Made by a program: the position numbers and the translations under genes. Shown here piece after piece: positions 31,327 to 40,931 of a stretch of DNA of 64,000 nucleotides. The stretch is from an uncultured delta proteobacterium (lineage in GTDB: Bacteria; Desulfobacterota; RBG-13-43-22): NCBI GenBank assembly GCA_963711835.1, contig CAVQFQ010000012.1:83776-147775 (forward strand), written 5' to 3'. Each line of letters opens with the position of its first letter. The stretch's first letter is position 1. The notes under the pieces are model-generated. The model was not told the DNA's origin, ran no database searches, and was given only the letters and a program-made list of their open reading frames with translations.

Positions 31327-32179
31327 ACAATCCCTGGGGACGCCAGAGCAGCACGGCCGCCATCAAAATAAAGGTCAGGAACAAGTCAAGAGTCGGGAAA
31401 AAACGGGTCCCGAAGGAGGAGAGAACCCCGATAATCAGAGCCCCTACAAAGGCTCCCTTCAGGCTGCCCAAGCCTCCGATCACGGCCACGATAAAGGCAT
31501 CGATGATAATGGCCTCACCCATACCGGAAGTCATGATCCCCACATAGGGCACGGCCAAACCTCCGCCCATGGCCCCCAGCCAGGTTCCGAAAAGAAAAAC
31601 GGAAGTAAACAGGACAGGCACCCGGACTCCGATGGCCGAAGCCATTTCCCGGTCCGATGAAGAAGCCCGGATGATCCTTCCCCACCAGGTCTTTTCGATC
31701 ATGCCCCAGAGCCCCAGGGCGACCAATGGACCGACGATGATGATGAAAATATTGTAGACGGGAAACCCCCGGCCCAGGACATCCATGGAGCCTCCGAGAC
31801 TGGCCAATCCCGGAGGGCTGATGGATCCGGCGCCCCAGATTATTTTTACCAGGTTGTCGAAAATTAATACAAAGGCAAAAGTCAACAGGAGCTGATACGG
31901 CAGGGCAAGGTGATAGACATAGCGGAGAAAAAACCGCTCGACAATAAAGCCGACGGCACAGACGCATAGGGGACCGAGGATCAGTCCCAGCCAGAAATTA
32001 GCCCCCAGATATTTCAGGACCGTAAAGCAGAAATAGGCCCCCAGCATATAGAAACTGCCGTGGGCGAAATTCAAGACCCCTAAGACCCCAAAGATCAAGG
32101 TCAAGCCGCTGGCCACCAGCCAGATGAACATACCGGTAGAGAGCCCGGCCAGGATGACGTGGACGAGGGATTGGAGCAT
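31310..32179 (-). CDS. livH: LIV-type ABC permease
   Basis: ASGLTLIFG.LGVLNFAHG, VIGGLGSL.GA, RPQGLFG. Confidence 0.93.
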   Translation of the reverse strand: MLQSLVHVILAGLSTGMFIWLVASGLTLIFGVLGVLNFAHGSFYMLGAYFCFTVLKYLGANFWLGLILGPLCVCAVGFIVERFFLRYVYHLALPYQLLLTFAFVLIFDNLVKIIWGAGSISPPGLASLGGSMDVLGRGFPVYNIFIIIVGPLVALGLWGMIEKTWWGRIIRASSSDREMASAIGVRVPVLFTSVFLFGTWLGAMGGGLAVPYVGIMTSGMGEAIIIDAFIVAVIGGLGSLKGAFVGALIIGVLSSFGTRFFPTLDLFLTFILMAAVLLWRPQGLFGGTR

Positions 32180-32188
32180 ACTATAGGT

Positions 32189-32326
32189 AAATTCGAATTT
32201 CGAAATTCGAAATCCGAAACAAGTTCAAAAGGTCCAATTTCAAAATTTGAAACAATTTTGTTGCAATCATTTGGATTTTGGACCTTCGAGCTTGTTTCGA
32301 ATTTCGTGCTTCGAATTTCGAAATTT
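32189..32326. repeat. 7-mer periodic palindrome, empty copy B
   Basis: AATTCGAATTTCGAAATTCGAAATCCGAAACAA...TTGTTTCGAATTTCGTGCTTCGAATTTCGAAATTT. Confidence 0.85.
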
Positions 32327-32397
32327 GGTTTTTGGCTTCCAGGCTGCAAAGACCGACTTGGTCGGAAACCTTTGCCTCCTGCAACCTTGCACGGTTT

Positions 32398-33699
32398 TTA
32401 ACTGCTGAAGGGTGGATCAGCGCCCGGGCCTTCAAAGGGCGGCCTGGCGAAATACTGCTTGGCCGGGATGACCTTTGACTCGCCCATGATCTTAAAAGGA
32501 TATTTGGGATCACCCTTGGTTTTTCCCCAGGGTACGTCATACAATGGCCTGATGGTCCTCCTTGCGGAAAATGCGATGGCCCGCCGGGGTCTCCATCTCC
32601 ATGCCCTCCAGGGCCTGGATCAAGGCCTTGGTTTCTTTGGAACCCGACTTCTCCACGGCGGCCTTGAGTGCGTAGATGGCCGAGTAACCCCCCTCTGAAA
32701 CGTAGGCCGGATAGTGGTTCCAGCGTTTCCGGAAACGGGCCACCCAATCATTATTGTTTTTGTTATTAGGATAGAGAAAGAAATAACGGCCCGAGATCCA
32801 GATATTATCCGGCATCTCCTGGCCCATCCCTTCCAGGACGTCCATGGCCGCTCCCACCGGCAGCATGATATGTTTGATCTTTTCAAACAGGCCGGCCTGC
32901 TTGGCCTGCTTCAAAAAGGTAATCAATTCGCCGGCCCATTCGGTGGAATAAAGACCGTCGGGATTGGCATCCATGACAGTGTTGATGTGGGAACGAAAAT
33001 CCGTTGTCCCGGCGGGGGCCCAGGATTCAGCCGTGAAGGACACCCCCGGCTTCAATTTCTTCAGGGTTTCCTGAAACATCTTCCAGCAGGTAAACCCGTA
33101 CTCATAATTCGGACTCACGGTGGCCCATTTCATGGCCGGAAGGTCTTTGGCGATGAAGGCGGCCGCATTGGCATCGTGGTAGGTGGCGTTGACAGATGCG
33201 GAAAATCTGTTTGATCCCTTTCTTGAAAACCATCTGTTCGGTCAGTTTTTCCGTAGCCGCATGGGTGACCATCAAAACCCGGTCCAACTTCTCGATGATG
33301 GGAGCCAGGGCCAGGGCCTGTCCGGAGGAATCCACTCCCGCCAGATAATCGGCCCCCCAGCTATCTACAAAGTAGCGGGCATTTTTGATGGCGTCATCCG
33401 CTTTCATGGTGGAATCCCTGAATTCAATTTCCACCTTGACACCGGCAATCCCGCCTTTTTGGTTGATCTCTTCCACGGCCAACTGGGCGCCCATTTTGTG
33501 GAACTCCCCATAGCCGGCCAAGGTCCCGGAAAGCACAGCCTGATAGCCGACCTTGATGGGACCTTTAATCTTGGGGGCTCTGAGCCCACAAGCCTGTGGG
33601 CACCATCACCCCGGAACCGAGGGCACTGGCACCGGCCACTAAGGAACCGGCACCAACCAATTTTAAGAATTTACGGCGATCCATCTCGTTTCTGTTCAT
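32398..33699 (-). CDS. livK: LIV-type substrate-binding protein with Tat signal (about three frameshifts)
   Basis: MNRNEMDRRKFLK signal; fragments LSGTLAGYG..AVEEIN, NYEYG, GTTDF..I, FRKEDHQ. Confidence 0.85.
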
Positions 33700-33900
33700 A
33701 ATTAACCCCCTTTGGTTATAAGGTCGTTTTCCTTAAAACTATCTTAATTCCCCCACTCTTTAGGCTTGCCCTTAACTGCGGTTTAATTGTATAGTTTCTT
33801 AACAAAAGGTCTCTTGCTCTGTCAAGAAAATTTAACTGATATCATTACGATATACATCACAACCCGCCGCTATCCCTGAGCGGGGTCTGAGGTGGCAACC

Positions 33901-34254
33901 ATGAACCTGGATCTCTTTGACTTAACCGGAAAAGTGGCCCTGGTCACCGGGGCCTCCAAAGGGCTGGGCAAGGCCCTGGCCAGAGGATTAGCCAAAGCCG
34001 GGGCTGATCTGGCCCTGTGTGCCCGGAATCTGGATGACTTGGAAAAGACCAGTTCCCAGGTCCAGGCCTAAGGGGTGCGGGCCCGGATCTTTTCCCTGGA
34101 TGTGCTGGATCAGCGCAGCGTCCGCCAGGCGGTGGAAAAGATATTATCCGCCTTTGACCGAATCGATATCCTGGTCAACAATGCCGGAGTCAATATACGC
34201 AAACCGGGGCTGGATCTGACCGAAGCCGACTGGGACCAGATATCGGGACATTGA
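33901..34254 (+). pseudogene. Truncated SDR with an in-frame TAA; partial paralog of 43720-44482
   Basis: MNLDLFDLTGKVALVTGASKGLG...QA*GVR...DILVNNAGVN; stops before the catalytic YxxxK. Confidence 0.85.
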
Positions 34255-34322
34255 AGGGATCTCCTTTTTGTTAGACGTTTCCGAGATCAAGAAACCTTGC
34301 CTTCCTAAAAATTCAAGACTTT

Positions 34323-34730
34323 TTAATACTTGCTCAAGGCCTTGGGTATCATCCTCGGGTTGGCAATTTCTAATTTCCTGATTACCGTTTCCCGGAGGTG
34401 GGCCAAGACCTCTTTCCGCCATGCTCCGGTATCGGCCTCCCCCTCCCTGATATGCCGGCAGAGTTCCTCGTTGAGACTGGAGACCTTTTCCTTAATCAAG
34501 TCCGCGGAAACTTCCTTGGAAGGCGGGCAAGAAAGCAGCTTGCCGAGACCCTCGGCTTCTCTTATCAGGTATTGCTTTTCCAAGGCCGCCTCCCGTCCGA
34601 TAATTTTTAACAAGTTGGCCGCCACCCGGGTGTGGAACCGCAAAGGTTCTTCCAATACCGGCACCAGCTCTGACTCCAGGAAATGACAGATACCTTTAAG
34701 TAACTCTGCGCTGGTGGGACGATCCTGCAA
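34323..34730 (-). CDS. DUF6285 / LvaB-like small partner of the phosphotransferase
   Basis: DRPT.AELL....FL.......RFH.RVAAN.L.I..RE...KL.IANP; starts 1 bp after the kinase stop. Confidence 0.75.
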   Translation of the reverse strand: MQDRPTSAELLKGICHFLESELVPVLEEPLRFHTRVAANLLKIIGREAALEKQYLIREAEGLGKLLSCPPSKEVSADLIKEKVSSLNEELCRHIREGEADTGAWRKEVLAHLRETVIRKLEIANPRMIPKALSKY

Positions 34731-34731
34731 T

Positions 34732-35751
34732 CTAATTCTCCTCGATCAAGGTCAGCAATTGCAGTTCAACCTCAGCGGTCTTGCGTCCCAGGCTGGCGAG
34801 CTCGATACTGCTGCTATCGCCCTGTATAAAGGGAATGGCCTGCAGAATGGTAATGATCCCCCATTTTAAGTTGCCGAAAACTTCCCAATAATAGAGCCTT
34901 TCGGGATCAAAAGGAAAACCGTCGGCCTCCTGGTAAGCCTTATAAAAGTCCTCTCGCTCTCCGATTCCTCCGATAGGCTTGGCCTCCTGTCCAAAGCGCC
35001 AGGCCTGGACACTGATATAGCCGACATCCTCAAGGGGGTCGCCGATGTGGGCTAACTCCCAATCCAGGATTGATCGAACTCCTGCTTCGTTATATACGAT
35101 ATTCCCCAGGCGATAATCCCCGTGGACCAGGACTTGTTCCCTGGGAGACGGAAGGTGTGCTTTCAGCCACCGGATAGCCAACTCCAGGGCCGGGTGGGGA
35201 TCGGGCGAAAATTTTTCCAGGAGGGTCTCATAAAAACCCAATTCGCTCAGGGCCGGGGAGCTGTGGCGTGATCTCCATGGTAAAAAGTCATAGGTCTGTT
35301 TCCTGAGGGGGATCCGATGAATTCGGGCCAGCGCACGACCAAGCTGTCCGGGAATGGCTCGGCGGGCCTTCTGATAGAGATCGTCCCGCTGAAGGCGCCG
35401 AACCAGGGTTTCTCCTTCTATCCGTTCCAGGATGGAGAAAGGGTTTCCTAGGTCTTCCTCCCCGACCCAGTACGGCCGGGGGACAGGGATTTCCCAGGCA
35501 TGAACTTCACGAAGCAAATAAAACTCCGTTTTTAAATCAATGGAAACCGGAAGAGGAGATGCCCGTTCGATACGCAGCACCATCGGAATGACCTCTTTGT
35601 TTCCTTCCAAAGACCCGAATAGATCAAAAGACCAAGTTTCCTTGGAGGCCCCTCCGGGCATTTTCCTAAGGTTTTCCACCCGGGCCTCTTCAAAGTCCTT
35701 TTGACGGTTGATAAATCGCTCTAACGATTCCTTCGTGGCAGCGGAATTCAC
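34732..35751 (-). CDS. APH-fold phosphotransferase (LvaA / ACAD10-11 kinase-domain-like)
   Basis: GGASKETW, VHGDYRLGN, LDWELAHIGDP.ED. Confidence 0.88.
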   Translation of the reverse strand: MNSAATKESLERFINRQKDFEEARVENLRKMPGGASKETWSFDLFGSLEGNKEVIPMVLRIERASPLPVSIDLKTEFYLLREVHAWEIPVPRPYWVGEEDLGNPFSILERIEGETLVRRLQRDDLYQKARRAIPGQLGRALARIHRIPLRKQTYDFLPWRSRHSSPALSELGFYETLLEKFSPDPHPALELAIRWLKAHLPSPREQVLVHGDYRLGNIVYNEAGVRSILDWELAHIGDPLEDVGYISVQAWRFGQEAKPIGGIGEREDFYKAYQEADGFPFDPERLYYWEVFGNLKWGIITILQAIPFIQGDSSSIELASLGRKTAEVELQLLTLIEEN

Positions 35752-35758
35752 TCTGGAA

Positions 35759-37486
35759 TCATCCCGGAAGCGAAGGGCCTTCCTTCTTTTCCTGGCCGTT
35801 GGCTCGCGGTGCTTCTTTTTCCCGGAGGGTCCGACGGAGAAATTTGCCGGTCAACGTTTTGGGGATTTCCTGGACCAGCTCCACCTGGCGGGGGTACTTG
35901 TAAGCGGCCATGCGCTCCCTGCAAAAGGCGATGATTTCCTCGGGCGTAACCTTACTTTCCATCCCGGGCTTGAGGGCCACAAAGGCCTTGACTGTTTCCC
36001 CCCGATAGGGGTCGGGGACCCCTATTACGGCCGTCTCTTTAACGGCCGGGTGCTGGTAAATGACATCCTCCACATCGCGCGGCCAAACCTTGTAACCCGA
36101 GGCTACGATCATATCCTTTTTTCTGTCCACCAGATAAAACCACCCGGCCTCATCCATCTTGCCCACGTCGCCGGTATAAAGCCAGCCATCCCGAATGGCG
36201 TGGCGGGTCTCCTCCGGTTTTTCCCAGTAACCGGGCACCACCATGGGACCGTAATCCACAATCTCTCCCACTTCCCCCAGGGGCATTTCCCGCCGGCCAT
36301 CTTCCAGGTCCATGATTTTAACAACCGAATCGGGAACCGGCAGCCCCACGGACAGGGCGCCGCTTTCGGGATCAACTGGAATGGGTAGGCCCCAAGGGAC
36401 CAGGTGGGAGGGTGAATTGGTTTCTGTCATGCCGTAGGCGTTATAGATCGAAAGCCCGGTCAGCTCTTTAAACTGTTCCACCACTGCCACCGAAACCGGG
36501 GCCCCTCCGCTGTAGGCCTTGATGAGCGAGGAGAGGTTTCGACGGCGGATTTCCGGTTGGTTCATCAAGGCGATGTAGACCGTTATGGCGGCCACCGTTA
36601 TGGTCGCCTTCCAGCGCTCGATCAACCGCAGGGTCTCTGCCGGGTCAAAACGATAAAACAGGATGACGGGAATCCCGGCCAGGGCGGCAATGGCCAGATG
36701 AGCCACCTCCCCGGTTACATGAAATAACGGGGCCACCCCCAGAATAACATCCTCCGGATCAACCCTCAGAAAGGTTTGATAGACCCGGGAAGTAAACACA
36801 ATGTTCCCGTGGGTGTTCATGGCCCCTTTCGGGGGACCGGTGGTGCCTGAGGTATAGGTGAGGTAGGCCACATCCGCCGGAGAAAGACCTGGATCGGCCG
36901 GAGCCTGCCCCTGATTCCGGTTGATGAGTTCCAGCAGATCCAGGGTTCCGGGGAGGCGCACCTTCTTCAGCCCCTTCAGCAGCGCAGGCGGCTGGTCCGG
37001 GTCCGGCACCCAGTCCAAAGGGGAGGTGGTGAGGACCTGCTCCACGGAAGTACTTTTCAGAAAGCCCAGATCCAGGCCCCGGGCTACATCATCCTGGATG
37101 AGGAGGATTTTGGCTTTCGAATCCTGACAGAAGTAGGTCAGCTCCTTTTCCTTGTACATGGGGTTGAGGGGAACCACGATCGCCCCCGCTTTCCAGGAGG
37201 CATACAGAGCGATCAGAAACTGGGGGATATTCTGAAGCACCACCATCACCCGGTCTCCTTTTCCGACGCCCAGGCCGGTCAAACCGACCGCCAGTTCATC
37301 CGATAAGGCGGATAAAGTCCCGTAAGACAGGGGCTGGTCGAAATAATAGATCGCCGGTCTTTCCGGCACCCGGGCCGCCGAGGCCTGGAAGTCATCCAGG
37401 GCGGTCCGCTCCGGGATTTCCAACTGGGCCGGAATCCAGTCGGGGTAGGTCTTTAACCAGGGTTTTTTTTCATAGAGTGAATCCAT
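35759..37486 (-). CDS. Acyl-CoA ligase
   Basis: YTSGTTGPPKG, YGMTETNSP, WLYTGD, DRKKDMI, PKTLTGK. Confidence 0.95.
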   Translation of the reverse strand: MDSLYEKKPWLKTYPDWIPAQLEIPERTALDDFQASAARVPERPAIYYFDQPLSYGTLSALSDELAVGLTGLGVGKGDRVMVVLQNIPQFLIALYASWKAGAIVVPLNPMYKEKELTYFCQDSKAKILLIQDDVARGLDLGFLKSTSVEQVLTTSPLDWVPDPDQPPALLKGLKKVRLPGTLDLLELINRNQGQAPADPGLSPADVAYLTYTSGTTGPPKGAMNTHGNIVFTSRVYQTFLRVDPEDVILGVAPLFHVTGEVAHLAIAALAGIPVILFYRFDPAETLRLIERWKATITVAAITVYIALMNQPEIRRRNLSSLIKAYSGGAPVSVAVVEQFKELTGLSIYNAYGMTETNSPSHLVPWGLPIPVDPESGALSVGLPVPDSVVKIMDLEDGRREMPLGEVGEIVDYGPMVVPGYWEKPEETRHAIRDGWLYTGDVGKMDEAGWFYLVDRKKDMIVASGYKVWPRDVEDVIYQHPAVKETAVIGVPDPYRGETVKAFVALKPGMESKVTPEEIIAFCRERMAAYKYPRQVELVQEIPKTLTGKFLRRTLREKEAPRANGQEKKEGPSLPG

Positions 37487-37527
37487 CGTTCTTTCTTTTC
37501 AAACGGTGCGGTTGATCCGCTCGGCGG

Positions 37528-38223
37528 TTACAGGGCCAGATATTTTATTTTCAATTCCTCGTTGCTTTTGAGTTCCTCGCAGGTCCCGCTCCACTGGATC
37601 TGCCCCTTGTCTATCACGTAGGCACGGTGGCTGATGTTGACGGCCAACCCCAAGCCCATTTCGGAGAGCACCAGGGTTATTTTTTCTTGCGAAAGGCGCT
37701 GGATCTGTTCGGCCAGGGCCTCCACCACCAAAGGGGCCAATCCTTCCGAGGGCTCATCCAGGAGCAGCAGTTCGGGGTTGCCCATCAGCGTCCGGCCGAT
37801 GGTCAGCATCTGCTGTTCACCGCCGGAAAGCTGGTTCCCAAAATGCTTTTGCATCCTTTCCAGTTGAGGAAACATGGCGAAAATTTTTTCCAGGGTCCAG
37901 TCGCCCATCCCTTTTTTTTGAGCCACTTCCAACTGCTCCCGGACCGTCAGGCTGGGAAAAACCCGGCGGTCTTCCGGGACAAAACCGACGCCCAGACGGC
38001 TGATGGCAATCGGGCTCCGGCCGGCGATCTCCTGGCCCCTGTAGCGGACGGCGCCGGAGCGGGGAGGCGTCAGCCCCATAATGGATCGCAGGGTGGTGGT
38101 TTTACCCGCACCGTTCCGGCCCAGCAGGCAGACCGTCTCCCCCTCGGCTACGGTCAGAGAAAGGTCGAACAGTATATGGCTCGATCCGTAAAAGGTATTG
38201 ATTCGTTCCAGCTCCAGGATCAT
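37528..38223 (-). CDS. livF: LIV-type ABC ATPase
   Basis: [28 protein letters not shown]. Confidence 0.93.
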   Translation of the reverse strand: MILELERINTFYGSSHILFDLSLTVAEGETVCLLGRNGAGKTTTLRSIMGLTPPRSGAVRYRGQEIAGRSPIAISRLGVGFVPEDRRVFPSLTVREQLEVAQKKGMGDWTLEKIFAMFPQLERMQKHFGNQLSGGEQQMLTIGRTLMGNPELLLLDEPSEGLAPLVVEALAEQIQRLSQEKITLVLSEMGLGLAVNISHRAYVIDKGQIQWSGTCEELKSNEELKIKYLAL

Positions 38224-38960
38224 CCTTTTTCTCCTAAGTAGACCTGGCGGACCTTAGGGTCCTCCTTGATCCGGGCCGGCGGGCCGTCGGCGATTATCTG
38301 CCCCTGGACCATGACGGCGATCCGCCGGGCCCAGGCGAAAACGATGCTCATGTCGTGTTCGGTAAACAGCAGCGTCAGCTTTTCTTTTTCGGCCAGTTCG
38401 TTGATCAGGGCCATAGTGCCCAGCCGTTCATCGGGGGCCATGCCGGCGGTCGGTTCATCCAGCAGAATCAGATGCGAATTATTGGCCAGGACCATTCCGA
38501 TTTCCAATCTTTTTTTATCGCCATGGGAAAGCAGTCCCCCGGGGGTCCCGGCCAGGTCCTGAAGGCCCACCTTGATCAGGATTTCTTCGGTCGCCTCCCG
38601 GAACATCTTTCGGGCCGGGGAGAACAGGTGGAAGGATTTCTTTCGGGCCGCGATCAGGGTCATCTGGACGCTTTCAAAGACAGACAGGTCGGGATAGATA
38701 TTGACGATCTGGAAGGACCGCCCCACCCCCCTCCGGACGATTTGATCCGCGGAACGCCTGGCCAGATTCTCGCCCCGGTAGAGGATCTCGCCGCCATCAG
38801 GACTGTAATATCCGGAGAGGAGGTTAAAAAAGGTGCTTTTACCGGCGCCGTTGGGGCCGATAACCGCCAACCGCTCCCCTTCCTCCACGGCCAGGTTCAC
38901 GTCGTAAACGGCCATCAGCCTTCCGAAGGTCTTTCGCAGGTTCTTGATCTGCAGAAACAT
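38220..38960 (-). CDS. livG: LIV-type ABC ATPase
   Basis: GPNGAGKST, LSHGDKKR, LDEPTAGM, TEHDM. Confidence 0.93.
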   Translation of the reverse strand: MFLQIKNLRKTFGRLMAVYDVNLAVEEGERLAVIGPNGAGKSTFFNLLSGYYSPDGGEILYRGENLARRSADQIVRRGVGRSFQIVNIYPDLSVFESVQMTLIAARKKSFHLFSPARKMFREATEEILIKVGLQDLAGTPGGLLSHGDKKRLEIGMVLANNSHLILLDEPTAGMAPDERLGTMALINELAEKEKLTLLFTEHDMSIVFAWARRIAVMVQGQIIADGPPARIKEDPKVRQVYLGEKG

Positions 38961-38971
38961 GGACGCCTTTC

Positions 38972-39931
38972 TCAGCGGTGGGGCGCGGTTCCGCTGCCGA
39001 ACCGGTCTTTAAAGAACCCTGAGATCCCCCCCGGCATGAAGAGGACGAAAAGGATGATCAACAGACCCAGGACCAACTGCCAGTAAAAGGTATACAGGGA
39101 GATATAGTGTTCCAGCAGGGTGATGATGGCCGACCCTACCAGCGGCCCGATAAACACCCCGACTCCGCCCAGGATGCACATCAGGACCACACTGGCCGAG
39201 GTGGTCCAGTAGCCGAACTCCGGGAATACCGCCCGGTTAAAGATGGCCAGCAGGGAGCCGGCAATCCCGGCAAAAAATCCGGCGATGACGAAATTAAGCA
39301 ACTGGTGGTGCCAGACCTTTAGGCCGCTGAAGGTCACCCGGTCCCGGTTTTCCCGGATGGCCACGATGGTCTGCCCAAAGGCCGATCCCTGGATAATTCG
39401 GATCAGGGCCAGACAGGCGCATAGAACGGCCAGTACTACATAATAATAGGCTTTGGCGCTCTGAATGGCCGCCGGGATGGGTATCCCCGTAATCCCGTCG
39501 TCGCCCCCGGTAAGACCGTACCATTTATGGGCGAAGGCCCAGACGATCTGGCTGAAGCCCATGGTCAGAATGGCGAAGTGAATGCCGCTGAGCCGGACGG
39601 AAAAATACCCGATCACCACGGCCAGCATGGCGGCGGCCAAGGGGGCGGCCGCAAGCCCCAGGATCAGGGGGGCCTTGAGCCGGACCACAAACAGGGCCAG
39701 GGTGTATCCGCCTACGGCGTAGAAGGCCGCATGGCCGAAAGAAGGCAGACCGGCCCGGCCCAGGATCATGTTCAGGCTCATGGCGAACAGGGCGACGATC
39801 AGGACTTGAATGGCCATGTGAAGCCACATCTTGGGCGCCCAGACCGGCAACAGGGTCAAAAAGGCCAAAATGATCAAGATCAAGACCCAAAGAGTGGTTC
39901 TTCCCTTCCGCTTTTCCCCTGGCTGTGGCAT
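38972..39931 (-). CDS. livM: LIV-type ABC permease
   Basis: SFGHAAFY, FAILT, TGGDDG, IREN, GP.VG. Confidence 0.93.
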   Translation of the reverse strand: MPQPGEKRKGRTTLWVLILIILAFLTLLPVWAPKMWLHMAIQVLIVALFAMSLNMILGRAGLPSFGHAAFYAVGGYTLALFVVRLKAPLILGLAAAPLAAAMLAVVIGYFSVRLSGIHFAILTMGFSQIVWAFAHKWYGLTGGDDGITGIPIPAAIQSAKAYYYVVLAVLCACLALIRIIQGSAFGQTIVAIRENRDRVTFSGLKVWHHQLLNFVIAGFFAGIAGSLLAIFNRAVFPEFGYWTTSASVVLMCILGGVGVFIGPLVGSAIITLLEHYISLYTFYWQLVLGLLIILFVLFMPGGISGFFKDRFGSGTAPHR

Positions 39932-39944
39932 GGGTCACCTCTGC

Positions 39945-40832
39945 CTATTTAATGACTACCGGCTTGCCGAAGAGGCCCCAGGGCCGGATAATTAAAACCA
40001 CCACCATGACCAGATACGTAAAGGCGATGGCGAACTCGGGCAGGATCAGAATCCCGAAGGCCTGGACCTCGCCGACCAAGAAGGAGGCCAGCAACGCCCC
40101 CGGCAGGCTGCCCAGCCCGGCGATGACCACCACCACAAAAGCGATGATCCCGGCCTCCACCCCCATATCGGCCGCCATACCGGCCATGGGAGCCACCAGT
40201 GCCCCACCGATGGCGGCAATCCAGGCCCCCAGACCGAAAACGCCGGTGAACACCCAGGGGACATTGATCCCCAAAGCGGCGGTCATTTCCCGGTCATCGG
40301 CCGCAGCCCGCATGGTCTTCCCCAGTTTGGTCTTATGAATGATAAACCAGATAAGGAAAAAAACAAAAAAACCCATGACGATCAGAAAAGCGTTGTAGAG
40401 CGGGAAAACGAGGCCGAAAATTTCCAGCGGCTGCTGGAACATGGGCGGCATGGGGGCGGTGAGGATGATCCAGCCCCAGAGCATCCGGGCCAGATCGTAG
40501 GTGACGATTAAAATCCCATAGGTCATCAATAGGATGTACAAGGCCGGTTTCTCATAAAACCAGCGCAGCAGGAAGACCTCCAGGAGGCAGAAAAAGGCGG
40601 CCACCACGGTCGGAGCGATCAGCAGGGTCAGCCAGAATCCGGCATCGGTGCCGCCGAAAAGTTTCACAAAGCTATAGGTCGTATAGGCCCCCAGCATGTA
40701 AATGCCGCCCTGGGCGAAATTCATGATCTTTAGGACCCCCAGGATCAGGGTCAGTCCGGCCGCGATCAGAAAATAGATCATGGCCGTGGTCAGGCCGCTC
40801 ATAAATTGGGATAAGATATCGACACCGGTCAT
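39945..40832 (-). CDS. livH: LIV-type ABC permease
   Basis: AGLTLILG..KIMNFAQG, GLGSLPGA, RPWGLFG. Confidence 0.93.
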   Translation of the reverse strand: MTGVDILSQFMSGLTTAMIYFLIAAGLTLILGVLKIMNFAQGGIYMLGAYTTYSFVKLFGGTDAGFWLTLLIAPTVVAAFFCLLEVFLLRWFYEKPALYILLMTYGILIVTYDLARMLWGWIILTAPMPPMFQQPLEIFGLVFPLYNAFLIVMGFFVFFLIWFIIHKTKLGKTMRAAADDREMTAALGINVPWVFTGVFGLGAWIAAIGGALVAPMAGMAADMGVEAGIIAFVVVVIAGLGSLPGALLASFLVGEVQAFGILILPEFAIAFTYLVMVVVLIIRPWGLFGKPVVIK

Positions 40833-40855
40833 GGACGTGCCCTTATGGTTCCAGA

Positions 40856-40898
40856 GGTCGGGCGCCGGCCTCCGGTAGGTCGAGGCCGGCGCCCGACC
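40856..40898 (-). terminator. GC-rich stem-loop between livK and livH (mRNA stabiliser or partial terminator)
   Basis: GGTCGGGCGCCGGCCTC-loop-GAGGCCGGCGCCCGACC, perfect 17-bp stem. Confidence 0.65.
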
Positions 40899-40931
40899 GG
40901 GTTAGAAGCCGGTAGGGTAACTCAGGTCCCC

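Noticed and set aside
33907-34038. SDR near-duplicate as a DGR template/variable repeat pair
   Set aside because: Mismatches are mostly synonymous and not confined to adenines, the repeat is at the 5' end of the gene, and there is no RT.
34068-34070. In-frame stop in the SDR copy as selenocysteine or pyrrolysine readthrough
   Set aside because: The codon is TAA and the gene is truncated before the catalytic motif anyway.
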